Assembly (NCBI GenBank): GCA_965240325.2
Contig: OZ251248.1
Coordinates: 434,001-498,000, forward strand
Direction: 5' to 3'
From: Rebecca billardiae RCC1528
Taxonomy: Eukaryota; Protista; Haptophyta
DNA length: 64,000 bases
The notes beneath the pieces are model-generated. The model saw nothing but the letters and a program-made list of their open reading frames with translations. It was not told where the DNA came from and did not search any database. Position numbers and translations under genes: made by a program. Below are positions 36,051-47,600 of the stretch, in pieces (the first letter of the stretch is position 1; each line of letters opens with the position of its first letter).

Positions 36051-37340
36051 ATGGTCGGCGTGAAGAACCAGAAGCGCGCAGTGTGCGAACATGTTGGCTG
36101 CACCAAGGTGCCTTCGTTTGGCATGCCGGGCGACGCGCGCGCCAGCCGGTGCGCTGCGCACAAGCTGGCCGGCATGGTTGACGTGAAGAATAGCAGTTGT
36201 GCTCATACCGGCTGCACCAAGGGGCCTTCGTTTGGCATGCCGGGCGACGCGCGCGCCAGCCGGTGCGCTGTGCACAAGCTGGCCGGCATGGTCGACCGGA
36301 AGCACCCCAAGTGCGATCACACCGGCTGCACCAAGGTGCCTTCGTTCGGCATGCCGGGCGACGCGCGCGCCAGCCGGTGCGCTGCGCACAAGCTGGCCGG
36401 CATGGTCGACGTGGGGCACCCCAAGTGTGAGCACGTGGGCTGCACCACGCGGCCTGTGTTTGGCATGCCGGGCGACGCACGCGCCAGCCGGTGCGCTACG
36501 CACAAGCTTGCCGGCATGGTCGACCTGAAGAGCCGCAAGTGTGATCACACAGGCTGCACCACGCGGCCTTACTTCGGGATGCCGGGCGACGCGGGCGCCA
36601 GCCGGTGCGCTACGCACAAGCTGGTTGGCATGGTCGACCTGAAGAGCCGCAAGTGTGACCACGCAGGCTGCACCAAGCAGCCTTTGTTCGGCATGCCGGG
36701 TGACGCGCGCGCCAGCCGGTGCGCTGTGCACAAGCTGACCGGCATGGTCGACGTGGTGAAGCGCAAGTGTGATCACACAGGCTGCACCATGCGGCCTTCG
36801 TTCGGCATGCCGGGCGACGCGCGCGCCAGCCGGTGCGCTACGCACAAGCTGGCCGGCATGGTCGACGTGAACAACCCCAAGTGTGAGCACGCGAGCTGCA
36901 CCAAGCGGCCTTCGTTCGGCATGCCGGGCGACGTGCGCGCCAGCCGGTGCGCTACGCACAAGCTGGCCGGCATGGTCGACGTGATGCACCCCAAGTGTGA
37001 GCACGCGAGCTGCACCAAGGGGCCTTCATTCGGCATGCCGGGCGACGCACGCACCAGCCGGTGCGCTACGCACAAGCTGGCTGCCATGAAGCGCCTTGAG
37101 TGTGTTGCGCACATTCGGCACAAGCGTGGCCTGGAGCAAGGCACGAGCACCAAAGCGTCCAGCGCCGCCAAGCGACAGCGGACGCGCACCAGCAGCACAG
37201 GCACGACCTCTGACGCCGCAGCAGCCGCAGCGCAGCCGCGGCCGCGGTCGCAGCTGCCGCCGGTGGTCAAGGCCCGCGTTGCATCGACACCACTACCGCA
37301 TTCTGCACGGCCTGTGGTGATGGCTAGGCGGGTCAACTGA
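36051..37340 (+). CDS. EsV-1-7-like repeat protein, copy 10 (9 repeats)
   Basis: 1290 bp = 9x114+264; hAT insertion ends ~150 bp upstream of the ATG. Confidence 0.8.
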   Translation: MVGVKNQKRAVCEHVGCTKVPSFGMPGDARASRCAAHKLAGMVDVKNSSCAHTGCTKGPSFGMPGDARASRCAVHKLAGMVDRKHPKCDHTGCTKVPSFGMPGDARASRCAAHKLAGMVDVGHPKCEHVGCTTRPVFGMPGDARASRCATHKLAGMVDLKSRKCDHTGCTTRPYFGMPGDAGASRCATHKLVGMVDLKSRKCDHAGCTKQPLFGMPGDARASRCAVHKLTGMVDVVKRKCDHTGCTMRPSFGMPGDARASRCATHKLAGMVDVNNPKCEHASCTKRPSFGMPGDVRASRCATHKLAGMVDVMHPKCEHASCTKGPSFGMPGDARTSRCATHKLAAMKRLECVAHIRHKRGLEQGTSTKASSAAKRQRTRTSSTGTTSDAAAAAAQPRPRSQLPPVVKARVASTPLPHSARPVVMARRVN

Positions 37341-37384
37341 CCGCCGCCCGGCGCGCCGCCGCTGCCGCCGCCGCCGCCGCAATC

Positions 37385-37889
37385 TTGCGCGAGGAGATCG
37401 CAGGGCCGATCGTCGAGGTGCTCGCCGAGTTCCGCGAGCGCGCGCGCGCGCTCGCGGCGAGCGGCGCCGACGCGGGCGCGCTCCTCGCCGAGTGCGACGC
37501 GCTGCGAGATCGCGATCTCAAGAAGGTCGGCGTGCGGCTGGAGGACCGCTCGGGCGAGGCGGCGCGGTGGATGCTTGTCTCGCCCGCCGACCTCGAGGCG
37601 GAGGCGGTGGCGGAGGTGAAGGAGGAGCGCAAGAAGGCGCAGGCGCGCGAGGCAGTGCAGGCGAAGGGGGGCGCGTGGCTGGCGATGCGCGCCGTGCCGC
37701 CCGAGCAGATGTTCCGCCCCGAGAACGACGTGCTCTTCGTTTGGACGCGAGGCGCCGTTCACGCAGTGCGCCAGTCAGTGCGCGCCCCGCGCCGTGCGCC
37801 GCGCGCGCTACGCGTGTCGCGCCTGCGTCCGCCGGCGCAAGCGCGCGGAGAAGGCGTTCAGCAAGCACAAGGCCAACTTTGTGAAGTGA
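37385..37889 (+). pseudogene. CysRS C-terminal fragment (retains CDALRDRDLKKVGVRLEDR; frameshifted and deleted 3')
   Basis: Homologous to 25411-26002. Confidence 0.7.
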
Positions 37890-38678
37890 ATGGCCGCCGG
37901 CTGCGCCCGACTTGCTTATTGATGTCGTGGTGCAAACCCCGCTGCCGCCCGCGTGCCGCGCTCGACGGATCGATAGCCGCTGCACGCGTATGCCGTATCG
38001 ATGATCATGACCGACACGAGAGTCCCCGACAGGCGACAGCTAGTGAGTAGTGACCGGCGGAGCCTACGATATATATCATATATCATCGACGATATATGAT
38101 CGTTTATTGCTGTATCATACCGCGCCAGCAGGTGAGACCGGCGGACAGTAGAGTCAGACTACGAGACGGAAAGCAGATATAGCAGCACGCAGAAGCTCGG
38201 ACGGCCTCACGCCAGCCCGGCCGACAGGCGACCGAACGAGTGATGCCGTGCGATCGGACGGTAGCCACGGTAGGCGCGGCGGCGACACGATGTCGGTGGT
38301 CGTCGTCGACTGTTGGGTATCATCCGCCGCCCTGCCGCGATCTGTGCTGCCGTGCCATCCGCCTGACCGCCTCAAGGCAGATCGAGCGGCGGCGGCGCGT
38401 CGAGCAGCGTGCGCGCGCTCGTCGACGTCAGGCGACGACCGACGGGCCGCGCACAAACATGGAGGGCATGCGTCGCCGTGACACAGCCCGCGACGCGCGC
38501 GCACGTCGAGAGGTAGTAGGATGCCGCTGGCTTCGCCGCTCTGATAGCGCCCGAGCCGCGCGGACAAGCGCGGCACTGCCCGCCGCCCCGCCAGGCGGGC
38601 TCACGCCGCACGCACGTGCTCCTGACAGGATGACAGGGCCGCGCGCAGAACGGCGCCGCCGCCTGTCGGCCAGGCCGC

Positions 38679-39482
38679 TCACAGGATGACGCACCCGCTC
38701 GGCTGCTTCAATCGAGGCGGCGGCTCATACCGCGGCGCGAGGACGGTGCGGATGGCTGTGTCGAAGACGGACTTCAGCCCCTGCTGCGTGAGCGCGGAGC
38801 ACTCGATGTACTCCACCGCGCCGATCTCTGACGCGAGCGCGCGCGCCTCCTCCGAGTCCACCGCGTTCTGCTGCTCCCTCGGGTCGTTCTTGAGGTCGAG
38901 CATCGTGCCGACCAGAATGACAGGCGTGCCGGGCGAGTGTTCCCGCAGCTCGGGGATCCACTTGCTCCGCACGTTGAGGAGCGAGACGCGCGAGACGAGC
39001 GAGAACGCGACGAGGAATATGTCCGTGTTCTGGTAGCTCAAGGGCCGCAGCTTGTCGTAGTCCTCCTGGCCTGCGCGCGGTGCGCGCGCATCCCGCGCGG
39101 GCGGCGGTGGCGGGGGCGCGTGCGCGGCGCATGCCCACTCAGCACGGCTTTCGCGCGTGCGCTCGCGGCGCGCACGCTCAGGCCCGAATGGCGCCGCCGA
39201 TCAGCGCACACGCGCAAGGCGCGCTCGGCCGCCGCGCGCGGCGCCGCGCGCACCGGCCGTGTCCCACAGCGCGAGGGAGATCGGGCGGTTGTCCACGAGA
39301 ACGGATGCGGTGTAGTTGTCAAAGATGGTTGGGATGTAGTCTTCCGGGAAGGCGTTGGTGGTGTATGAGATGAGTAGGCACGTCTTGCCCACCGCGCCGT
39401 CGCCGACGATCACCGTCTTCACGACGGTGAGCGCTCCCAGCGCAGTGGGCTCCGCACCGTACGCGGACCCTGACGACGCCAT
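38679..39482 (-). CDS. Rho-family (Rac-like) small GTPase, 2 exons (39482-39254, 39070-38679)
   Basis: GDGAVGKT P-loop, YIPTIFDNY switch I, LWDTAG/QEDYD across GT-AG intron 39253-39071, [10 protein letters not shown]-terminal CaaX CVIL. Confidence 0.95.
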
Positions 39483-40280
39483 AGTTGAAATCCTCCGCGC
39501 GTCCGCCTCTCGCCCGTGCGTTGGTGGCTGGGTGCGCGCCGGACTGCAGGCTCGCGCAGCAGCCGGACTGCTTGCTGACTTACTACCGTCACTCTTCCAA
39601 GGGCCGTGACTCAGTGACTCGGTGACTGTCCTTTGCCTTTGGTGACTCTTCAGTGTCACATCTGACTTCTGAGTTACGGACACTGACAGACTCCGCAGGA
39701 TGCCGCGCCCGGGGCCCGCGCGCGGCCGTTGTCACCGGGCGCACGGCGGGCGGCGCCTAATACCGCGACTAATAACCCGCGCGCTCAAACCGGGCTTTCA
39801 GAGTGATCAGTGAGTGCTGACTGCTGAGTGCTGGCGGCTGCCGCACCCCATTCATCGGCACTTTCCCCAATCCCCATCCGGGTCGGCGTGCCTGCTGGGC
39901 TCACATATGATCATGATGCTGATGCCATGCCTCTCTGACTCTGAGTCAGTCTGCCGTCAATGTCACTACTGCGGCACTGCCACCCGGGTAATCTCGTACC
40001 GACAGGCGGCCAGGCGGCGCGCCTGCCGCCTCGGTCGTCGGCCGGCCGCCATCAAGCTTGCTCACCGCGCGGACGCGCCGGCGCGGTCGCGGCGGCGTCC
40101 GCGGGACAGCGGGCGACAGCGGGTGTAGCTCGGGCTGATCTGCGCGGCTCCCGCAGTCCCGCGCCGTCCAGCGGGCGGCGACACGGATGAGTCGTGCGGC
40201 GCGGCGGCGCCGGCCCGCCATTCCTGGGCCCACGAGACCGGGGCCATGCTCCGCCACCGTCGCCACCGCGCGTCGGCGCC

Positions 40281-43200
40281 TCAGGCGTGTTGCTGGTGCG
40301 GCTGGCGCGACCGCACCTGCGCAGTCATGCCCACGGTGTGCGCGCCGCCTCTGGCGGCGGCGGCGCCATTCCTCGGCGGCGAGGCCGCGCCGCCGGCTGG
40401 CCGGTCGTGTCTCGCGTCGCCCGGCGTCGGCTTGGCGGGCACCGCCGGGGACGCGGCGACCGCGCCGTCGGCGCCCCCGTCCTCCTCCTCCACGTCAGGG
40501 ATCTTGCCCAGCTCGACAGTGCGCACGGCGCGCAGAGCCTGCCGGCGCGTGCTTCCTGCGGCGCGGCGTGCCCGGGGGCGTGCGTGCGCGCGCGCAGGGG
40601 TGCCGCGCGCGCCGGCGTCGGCGTCCGCCGTCGGGCGCGGGCGTGGCGATGCGCGACCGCGCGGGCGCATATACGCGCGCGCGCGCACCCTTATCCTCCA
40701 GCCGGCCCAGATACGATCTCCGGTACTCGACGCGCTTCTGCGCGCGCACCGTCCACCACGGCCGGTCGGGCATGAGCTTGTCGATGAAAAGGCGCACGGC
40801 GATGAGCACGTGCTCGAGTACCACCATGACCACCAGAGGCCCGCCCGGGAGCGACTCGACGTCGCCAAGGCCGAGCTGGGAGGCGATCAGCTCAGGGCCG
40901 TCGGTCGCGCGCCACAGGATAAAAATATTGGACACGATCGAGAGATAGCTCATCATCTCGAGAAAGAATGCCCAGTTGCCGATGCCCTCCGCGCCCGAGT
41001 AGAGCGGGCGGCGCGAGTGCTCGACCAGCTTGATCGCGTCCGTCTTGCGCTCGACCTGCGGAGGGGTGCGTGGGTTAGGGTTAGGGTTAGGGTTTGGGTT
41101 AGGGCGCGTGTCGTGTCGGTCGGTCGGCTGGCGGCGACAGGGGCGCGGTCCCGCCGGTGGGTGGGCTCGTGAGGGAGGTACGCGCCGGCGCGCCCCACCG
41201 GCGCGCTTGCGCGCCGGGGCACGGCTGCGCGCGTGGGACCCAGCGGCTGGAGCCACTCTCGCATCCCGCGCCCCGCGCGCAGCCCGCCGCGCCGCGCGCG
41301 CCGTGCGCCGCTCGCCGCGCGCAGCGCGCCGCCCGCCGCCCTGCGCCGCCCGGCGGCGACGCGCCGCGCGCCACACAGCGGCGACGCGCCGCACCATGTT
41401 GTTGACAAAGGCGAAGATGGCGGTGGGCGGGAAGGCGACGGCGAAGAGCGTGACGTAGCCGAACTGCACCGCCATCTCGCTCAGCTCGAGCAGCGCGCCG
41501 GGGTACTCGGGCAGGTTCCGCTCGCGCTCGAGCCTCGCGAGCAGCGGCCTGCTGAGCGTCGTCTTGACGTGTCGCTCCTCGAGATCTGAGACGCCGCTGC
41601 CAAAGGTGGCGGTGACGAAGTCGCGGAGCGCGTCGGTGAGGTCGTCGTACACGTTGTTCGAGCCGTACTGCGCGGGCTCCCACCCCTGCTCGTCGTCGCT
41701 CGACGACGACGACGACTCGGCGTCGGACGCGCGCGCGGCGGCGCGGGGCGGGCTGCGCGGCGCGCCGCGCGCGGCCGCGCGCGGCGCGTCGCGCTCGCGC
41801 AGCGTCGCTGGCGGCGGCGGGCGGCTGCCAGCGCCTTTGGAGGTGGGGCCGATGACGCTGCGCCGGCGGGCGGCGGCGCCCGTCCCCACGCCGCCGCCCA
41901 GCGCGCCGCCCAGCGTCGAGCGCCTCGGCGCCGACGAGAAGCCCACCCGGCTGCCATACTGATGCAGCGCGCGCAGCAGGCTCTCAGTCTCGTGCCGGTC
42001 GGCCTTGTAGCTGTCGTCGGCGAGCGCTGCCGCCTCGGCCCTCTCGGCGGCGGCGGCGTGGACGAGGCGCTGGCGGAAGCGCACGCGGAGCCAGCCGAAG
42101 AGGCGCGGCGCGATCAGCGTCTTGAAGTGCCGCGCGAGCGTCTCCTTGAAGATCAGGATCGCGATCATCTGCACCGTCAGGTCGGGGAGGCACGAGCCGT
42201 CGCACGAATCGGCTAATTCGGGGTTATTAAATAACGCGCCGCCCTCCTGCTTGAAGAAGGCGATGTAGATCAGCGCGATGTACGAGTTGACGAACTGGAA
42301 GGCGAAGGTCTTCACGATCAGCGAGTCCTCGAACTCCGAGTCCGTGCGGTGCAGCTCCCACTCCGTGATCGCCTTCCCCACCAGCCCCCACAGCACGTTC
42401 GAGCCGTTAATAAACACCGCAGTCATGGCCGAGCCGAGCACGAGCGCCGCCCACGGGTGCAGCCCGCGGCCGCTGACGAGCCACACGCGCAGCGCGATGA
42501 TGGCGAAGGCGCCGAGCGCGACGGCGAGGATGGTGACCAGCGTGAGCGCGTACCCCACGCGCACGCGCGCCCGGTGCACGCGCGGGTTCACCACCTTCGT
42601 CAGCGGCGCGCCCTCTTGCTGGTCGAGTCGGATGAAACCACCGCCGCCGCGCGCGTGGATGCCGCGCCGCCGCACCGCGAGCCGGTGCGACGTGTACGCG
42701 ACGCGCGAGGGCTCGTTGTCCTTGTACGCGCCGATGTTCCACGCGAACTTGAGCTCCGCGTTGCGCTGCGTCCACCGCTTCAGCACCACGATCGTCCACA
42801 CCGACACGCACAGCGTATATGCGGGTAAAAGCGTATAGCTGAGCCGCCCGTCGCGCAGCAGGCCGACGAGGACGTGGACGAAGACGACAAAGGACGCGAG
42901 GGCGAGGGGGACGAGGTAGCGCGTGTACACCTGGGGCGGGCGGGGCCGCGCGCGGCGCGCGGGCGGGGTGTGCTCGACGCCTCGGCCGCCGGTGCGCGTG
43001 GCGCGCGCGCGCACGTGCGCACGCAGGCGGGCGGGCTGGCAGGCAGGCAGCGCGCGCGCGCGCGCGCTGCCGAGCTGGGCCGGCGGTGCCTGGAGCACGA
43101 GCCGCGCGCGCGCTGTGCCGGCGCCGGCGCCGCACTTCGAGGAACTCAAAGTAGAGCGCGATCTGGTCGCCGAGATACTGGCGTGCCGCGCGCCGCCGCG

Positions 43201-44205
43201 GCCAAAGGAGGAGCAGGGCAGCGGGCACGGGCGGTGAGCCATCGCGCCGCCGCAGCAGTGTGCCCGCGGCCCACGCGCCGCGCCGCGTGCCGAGTGCGAC
43301 CGCCGCCGACTGCGCGCCGCCCGGCCCATCGCACGCCCCGCGCCGTCCCGCCGCGCCGCGCCGCCCCTCGCGCTCGCTCCCCACGCCGCGCCCCGCCCCG
43401 CCCAGCCCGCCCACCGCCCGGCCCCGCGCCTAGCGCCTGCAGCCTGCCCGCCGCGCCCGCCGCGCCCCGCCGCAGTGCCGCACCTCGTGGATCAGATCCC
43501 GCGGGTGGTCGAGCGAAGGGAACGCCCACTCGCACCCGGCCCCGCGCCGCGCCCAGCGCCCCGCCGCGCCCCGCCGCAGTGCCGCACCTCGTGGATCAGA
43601 TCCCGCGGGTGGTCGAGCGAAGGGAACGCCCACTCGCGCAGCAGCCGCGCGTGCGCGAACGGGTCGTGCATGCAGAACCAGTCGTGGATGAGGCCCTCGC
43701 TCTTGGCGGAGTTGAGGAAGACGTTGCACCCGTTGAACTCCTCCGCCCCCTCCAGGATCGAGACGATCAGCCGCTGCCGCTCCAGCGACGAGAAGACAAA
43801 CTCTCCGAGCGTCATCTCGTCGACTGCGAATTTGTCCGCGCGCGCGGAGCTGAAGTGCGCGTACGAGGCGGCGTTGGACTCGGGGTCGTTGTACCGCGGG
43901 CTGAGCATGACGGAGAGCGCGATCTCCTCCGCGCGCCGGCGCACCAGCTCCTTCGGCGCGGCGATCACCACATAAAAAATGGTCGGGTCCGCGACCGAGT
44001 CGAGCTTGCGCAGCAGCAGCCCCGCGCGCCGCATCTTGCGGAACATGGTCTTGCGCTTCGCGACCTCGTGCGCCGAGCGGCCGTGGCGGCGGACGACGAT
44101 GCAGATCGAGTACGCCACCTCGCCGTTCATGTACCGCGGCACGCCGGGCACGTCGAGGTTCGGGTCGTGGCCCGGGCCGTGCGCGCTCTTCCGAGCGCGC
44201 CCCAT
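40281..44205 (-). CDS. Anoctamin/TMEM16 family protein (Ca2+-activated Cl- channel/scramblase), ~5 exons
   Basis: RQYLGDQIALYFEFL, ITEWELHRTDSEFEDSLIVKTFAFQFVNSY, EMAVQFGYVTLFAVAFP, ERKTDAIKL and GIGNW motifs. Start codon and exon limits are inferred. Confidence 0.88.
41072..41104 (+). repeat. Interstitial telomere-like (TTAGGG)n tract in an anoctamin intron
   Basis: GGGTTAGGGTTAGGGTTAGGGTTTGGGTTAGGG. Confidence 0.85.
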
Positions 44206-44648
44206 GGCGCCGAGCGAGAATCGCGGCGTGCGCGAGGCGCGGTGCTCGCGCGCCGGGGCCGGCCGGCTACCCAGGCCGCCGGGCAGGGGTGGCAGCCGCA
44301 TGGGCGCCCAGAGTGCGCGCGCCGCGCCGACGACGGGGCGCGCCGCAAACTGGGGCGTCGCCGCCCGCTTGTACGTGTCGTATGACGTCCAGCGACGATC
44401 TGCCAGCACAATCTTCATCAATCTGCGGACAGTGATATACTCATGTGGCGCGCACAAAACTGCTTCGGGGTGAGTACTGGTACTACCCGGTACGCACGAT
44501 ACAATCGTCCGCCGGAGATCTGGGTACGGCCATTGTACGATCTGAGCTGTACTTGCATGATGGAGAAGAACCCCGTCCCCACCCCGACCGGGCACAGGCG
44601 ACGGCCGCTGCCGGCACATGGCGGCGACACCCCGCCCGCTGGCCTCGC

Positions 44649-47600
44649 TCACCCGGCCACGCGACGCTGCTGCGGGCGCGCGTGCTTCGCCGCGGGCGAC
44701 GGCCGGCCGCCGCCGTACTGGTGCGGCGACGGCGCGCCCCCACCGACGCACGGCCCGCGCTCGCGCCTACTCCCGCCGCCACGCCCGCCGCCGCCGCCGC
44801 CGCCGCCTCCGCGGCCCGGCGGAGAGTGATGGCCGTGTGGCGGAGCGGGCAGGTGTTGGTGCTTCTCGAGCTTGCTCAGGATGTGCTTGCCGTGCGTGAT
44901 GCTGCGGAGCGCGTCGCTGCGCGGAGCACAGGGTCGGCGCAGCACCAGGCGGCAGCGACGCGTGAGCCGGGATGCGCCGCCACGCGCGCCGCGCCACGCC
45001 CGCCGCGCGCACGGCCGCGTGTTTGAATCGCGTGCGCGCACATGTGCAGCCGAGCGTACTGGGCGATGATCGCGCGCTGCTTGGAGGAGCACACGTCGAT
45101 GGCGCGCTGGATCACGTAGTTCCCGAACTGGTCGTGCACCAGCGCGTGGAGAGTCGCCAGCCTGCGCGCGCGGGCGGCGGCGGTGCTCAGCCACTGGTGG
45201 CGAGCGCGCGCGCGGCGGCGCGACCTGGCGGCAGCGGGACACACGGGGTGCGGGGCGCGGCGGCGCGCGCACACCCGCCGCTGCAGTCGTCGGGCCCGCC
45301 CTCGCCGCCGATGAGCGCGGCGACGAGCGCCTCGCGCTCGCTCGCCGAGCCGTACTGCAGCACCTTCTCCACCACGTTCGACGCGTACTTGTGCGAGGAG
45401 TAGGCGCGCGCGTGCCCCAGCACGTGCGCTGCAATCGCCGCGCGCGGCTCCGGCCCTCCGAGCTGCGCGGCGTGCTGCATGACGAAATTGCCGTACTGAT
45501 CTCGGCACAGGAGATCGCACGCCTGCAAAGCGCGAGGGGGCGGGGCGCGGCGGTGGGGCGGGGCGGGATGAGCCGCCGCGTCGCGGGAGCCGCGCACAGC
45601 GGCGGGCCGCGCGCGCGCTGCCGGCGGCAGCGGAGCGCGCACGGCTCGGAGTGGCCGCCGGCGCGCGCGGCGAGGGGCGGCGGTGCCGCGCGCGCGGCCC
45701 GGCGCTGTGCTGTGCGCGGCACGCACCGGCAGGACTTCGCGGAGCACGCTCGCCTTCTGCGGCTCGGAGGAGTGCTCGAGGACGCGCTGCAGCACGCGGC
45801 AGCCGTACGAGTGCACCGCGAGCCCCACCGCCTGTCCCTCGAGCTCGGCGATGAGCGCGGCGCCATGCTCGGCCGGAATAGATTCAATCGCCTTTTGAAT
45901 CACGTGATTTCCGTTCTGGTCGCGGACGCAGCGGAGCACGCTGCCGCGGAGCTCGGCGAGGATGGCGAGCTTGTGCTCGAGCGCGGCGACCTCGAGCACC
46001 TTCTGCACCACGCGGCACGAGCACGTGTGCAGCGCGAGCGCCACGACGGAGCCGCGCAGCGCGCGCGCGAGCGAGTCGACCATCTGCGCCGACCCGCAGC
46101 AAAGGAATTTGTGAACGACGTAGTTGCCGAAAATCGCGCTCATCAGCCGCGGCGCGTGCGGCTCGAGCTCGGCGAAGGCGGCGGCGCGCTCGGCGTCGGT
46201 GGCGTGCTCGAGCTGCGTCTGCACCCAGCGCGAGCCGAGCTGGTCCTCCGCGAGCGCGAGCAGCCGCCCGGCCGCATCGGCGAGTGAGTGGCAGTGCGGC
46301 GGCGGCGGCAGCGGCGGCTGCGGCGGCAGCAGCAGCGCGCTTGCGGCCGCCTCTGCGCCCACGCCGTGAGCCGCGCAGCTCGCGAGCGGCGCGGGCGTGG
46401 CGAGGAGCGGCTCGGCGCGGCGCGGTGGAGCGGACGCCGAGCCCCCCGGCCAGTACTCGCCGCCGCCCTCACGCGCGCCGCGGCGCGCGCCGCCGTCGCG
46501 GCCGCCGCGCCCACGGCCGGCGCGCGACCCGGTGCGCATCGCGCCCGCCTCGTGGGCGATCGGCGCTGCGGTTGGCGCGCAGTGCATGGCGCCCGCGATC
46601 GCGCCGAGGCCGTGCGCGCCCGGCATGCCCGGCTGCGGCGGCATCACGCACACCCACGCGCCGTTCGGGAGCTGCGTGAGCGCTGGCGCAGCCGCTGGAT
46701 GCGGCACGCCGGCCACGCAGCAGCCGGGCGCGGGCCCAGGCGGCAGCGGCGGCTGCGCGGCCGGCTGCATGCGGCTCAGGTGCAGCTGGTGCTCGGCGTA
46801 CGCAGCCGCCGCCGGGTGCGGCAGGCAGACGGGCGGCATCGCGCACCCGCCCATCCGCTCCGCCTGGGCGTACAGGGCCGCGAGCGGCGAGGCAAAGGCC
46901 GGCGCCGCAGCCGGCTGGCCACCGCGCGCGCGCGCGCTCGCCGGCACTGGCGCGCCGCCGCGCGCCGCCGGCATGCCGGCAGCTGCGCCGGCCCCCAGCT
47001 GCACAGGCGTCAGCTGCGCGCGGCTGGCACCCGGCGCGGCAGGCACGGGTGGCGCCGCGAAGCGGCCCGTCACGCCAGCCCCGACGGCGGTCGCAGCGAC
47101 GATCTCCGCCGCCGAGATTGCAATCTCCGCCGGGGAGAGTGCCGAGGTCGCGGGCGCGGAGGCGGCGGGCAGCGGCGGCGTGCGGCTGCGCGCGGCTGGC
47201 AGAGTCGCGCCGTGGGCCGCCGCACCGCCGACAGCGGCGCATGCCGCCACGCAGGGCGCGTGCGCGCACGGAGGCGCTGCCCAGCCCGGCGTGGCGTGCG
47301 GCTGCTGCGCCGCGTCGAAGCCGTGCGGCGGCACCGATGGCGCGTCTCCGAGTGCGCCGCCGCGGGGTGCCGCGCTCGCGGGCGGCGCCGGCGCGGCGCA
47401 GCTGCCGCCATGCCAGAGATCCCGCGGCAGCGCCGGCTGCCACGGCGCCGGCGGCGCGGGCGGCCGAGGCTCGCCACCGCCGCGGACCGCGGCGTGCGCG
47501 GGGCGGCCCGAGAGTCCGCCGTGCTGCCGCTGCTCGGCCCAGCCGTGCGGCGGCGGCGGCTGCGTCTCGCCGAGTACGCCCGGGCCGATGACCATCTGCA

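Noticed and set aside
2784-37340. CRISPR-like repeat-spacer array
   Set aside because: The units are contiguous in-frame 114-bp coding repeats with no unique spacers and no cas genes, in a eukaryotic context.
2784-37340. Diversity-generating retroelement
   Set aside because: No reverse transcriptase or template/variable repeat pair is visible, and the variation is not adenine-specific.
41072-41104. True chromosome end
   Set aside because: Only ~5 units, inside an intron of an intact gene.
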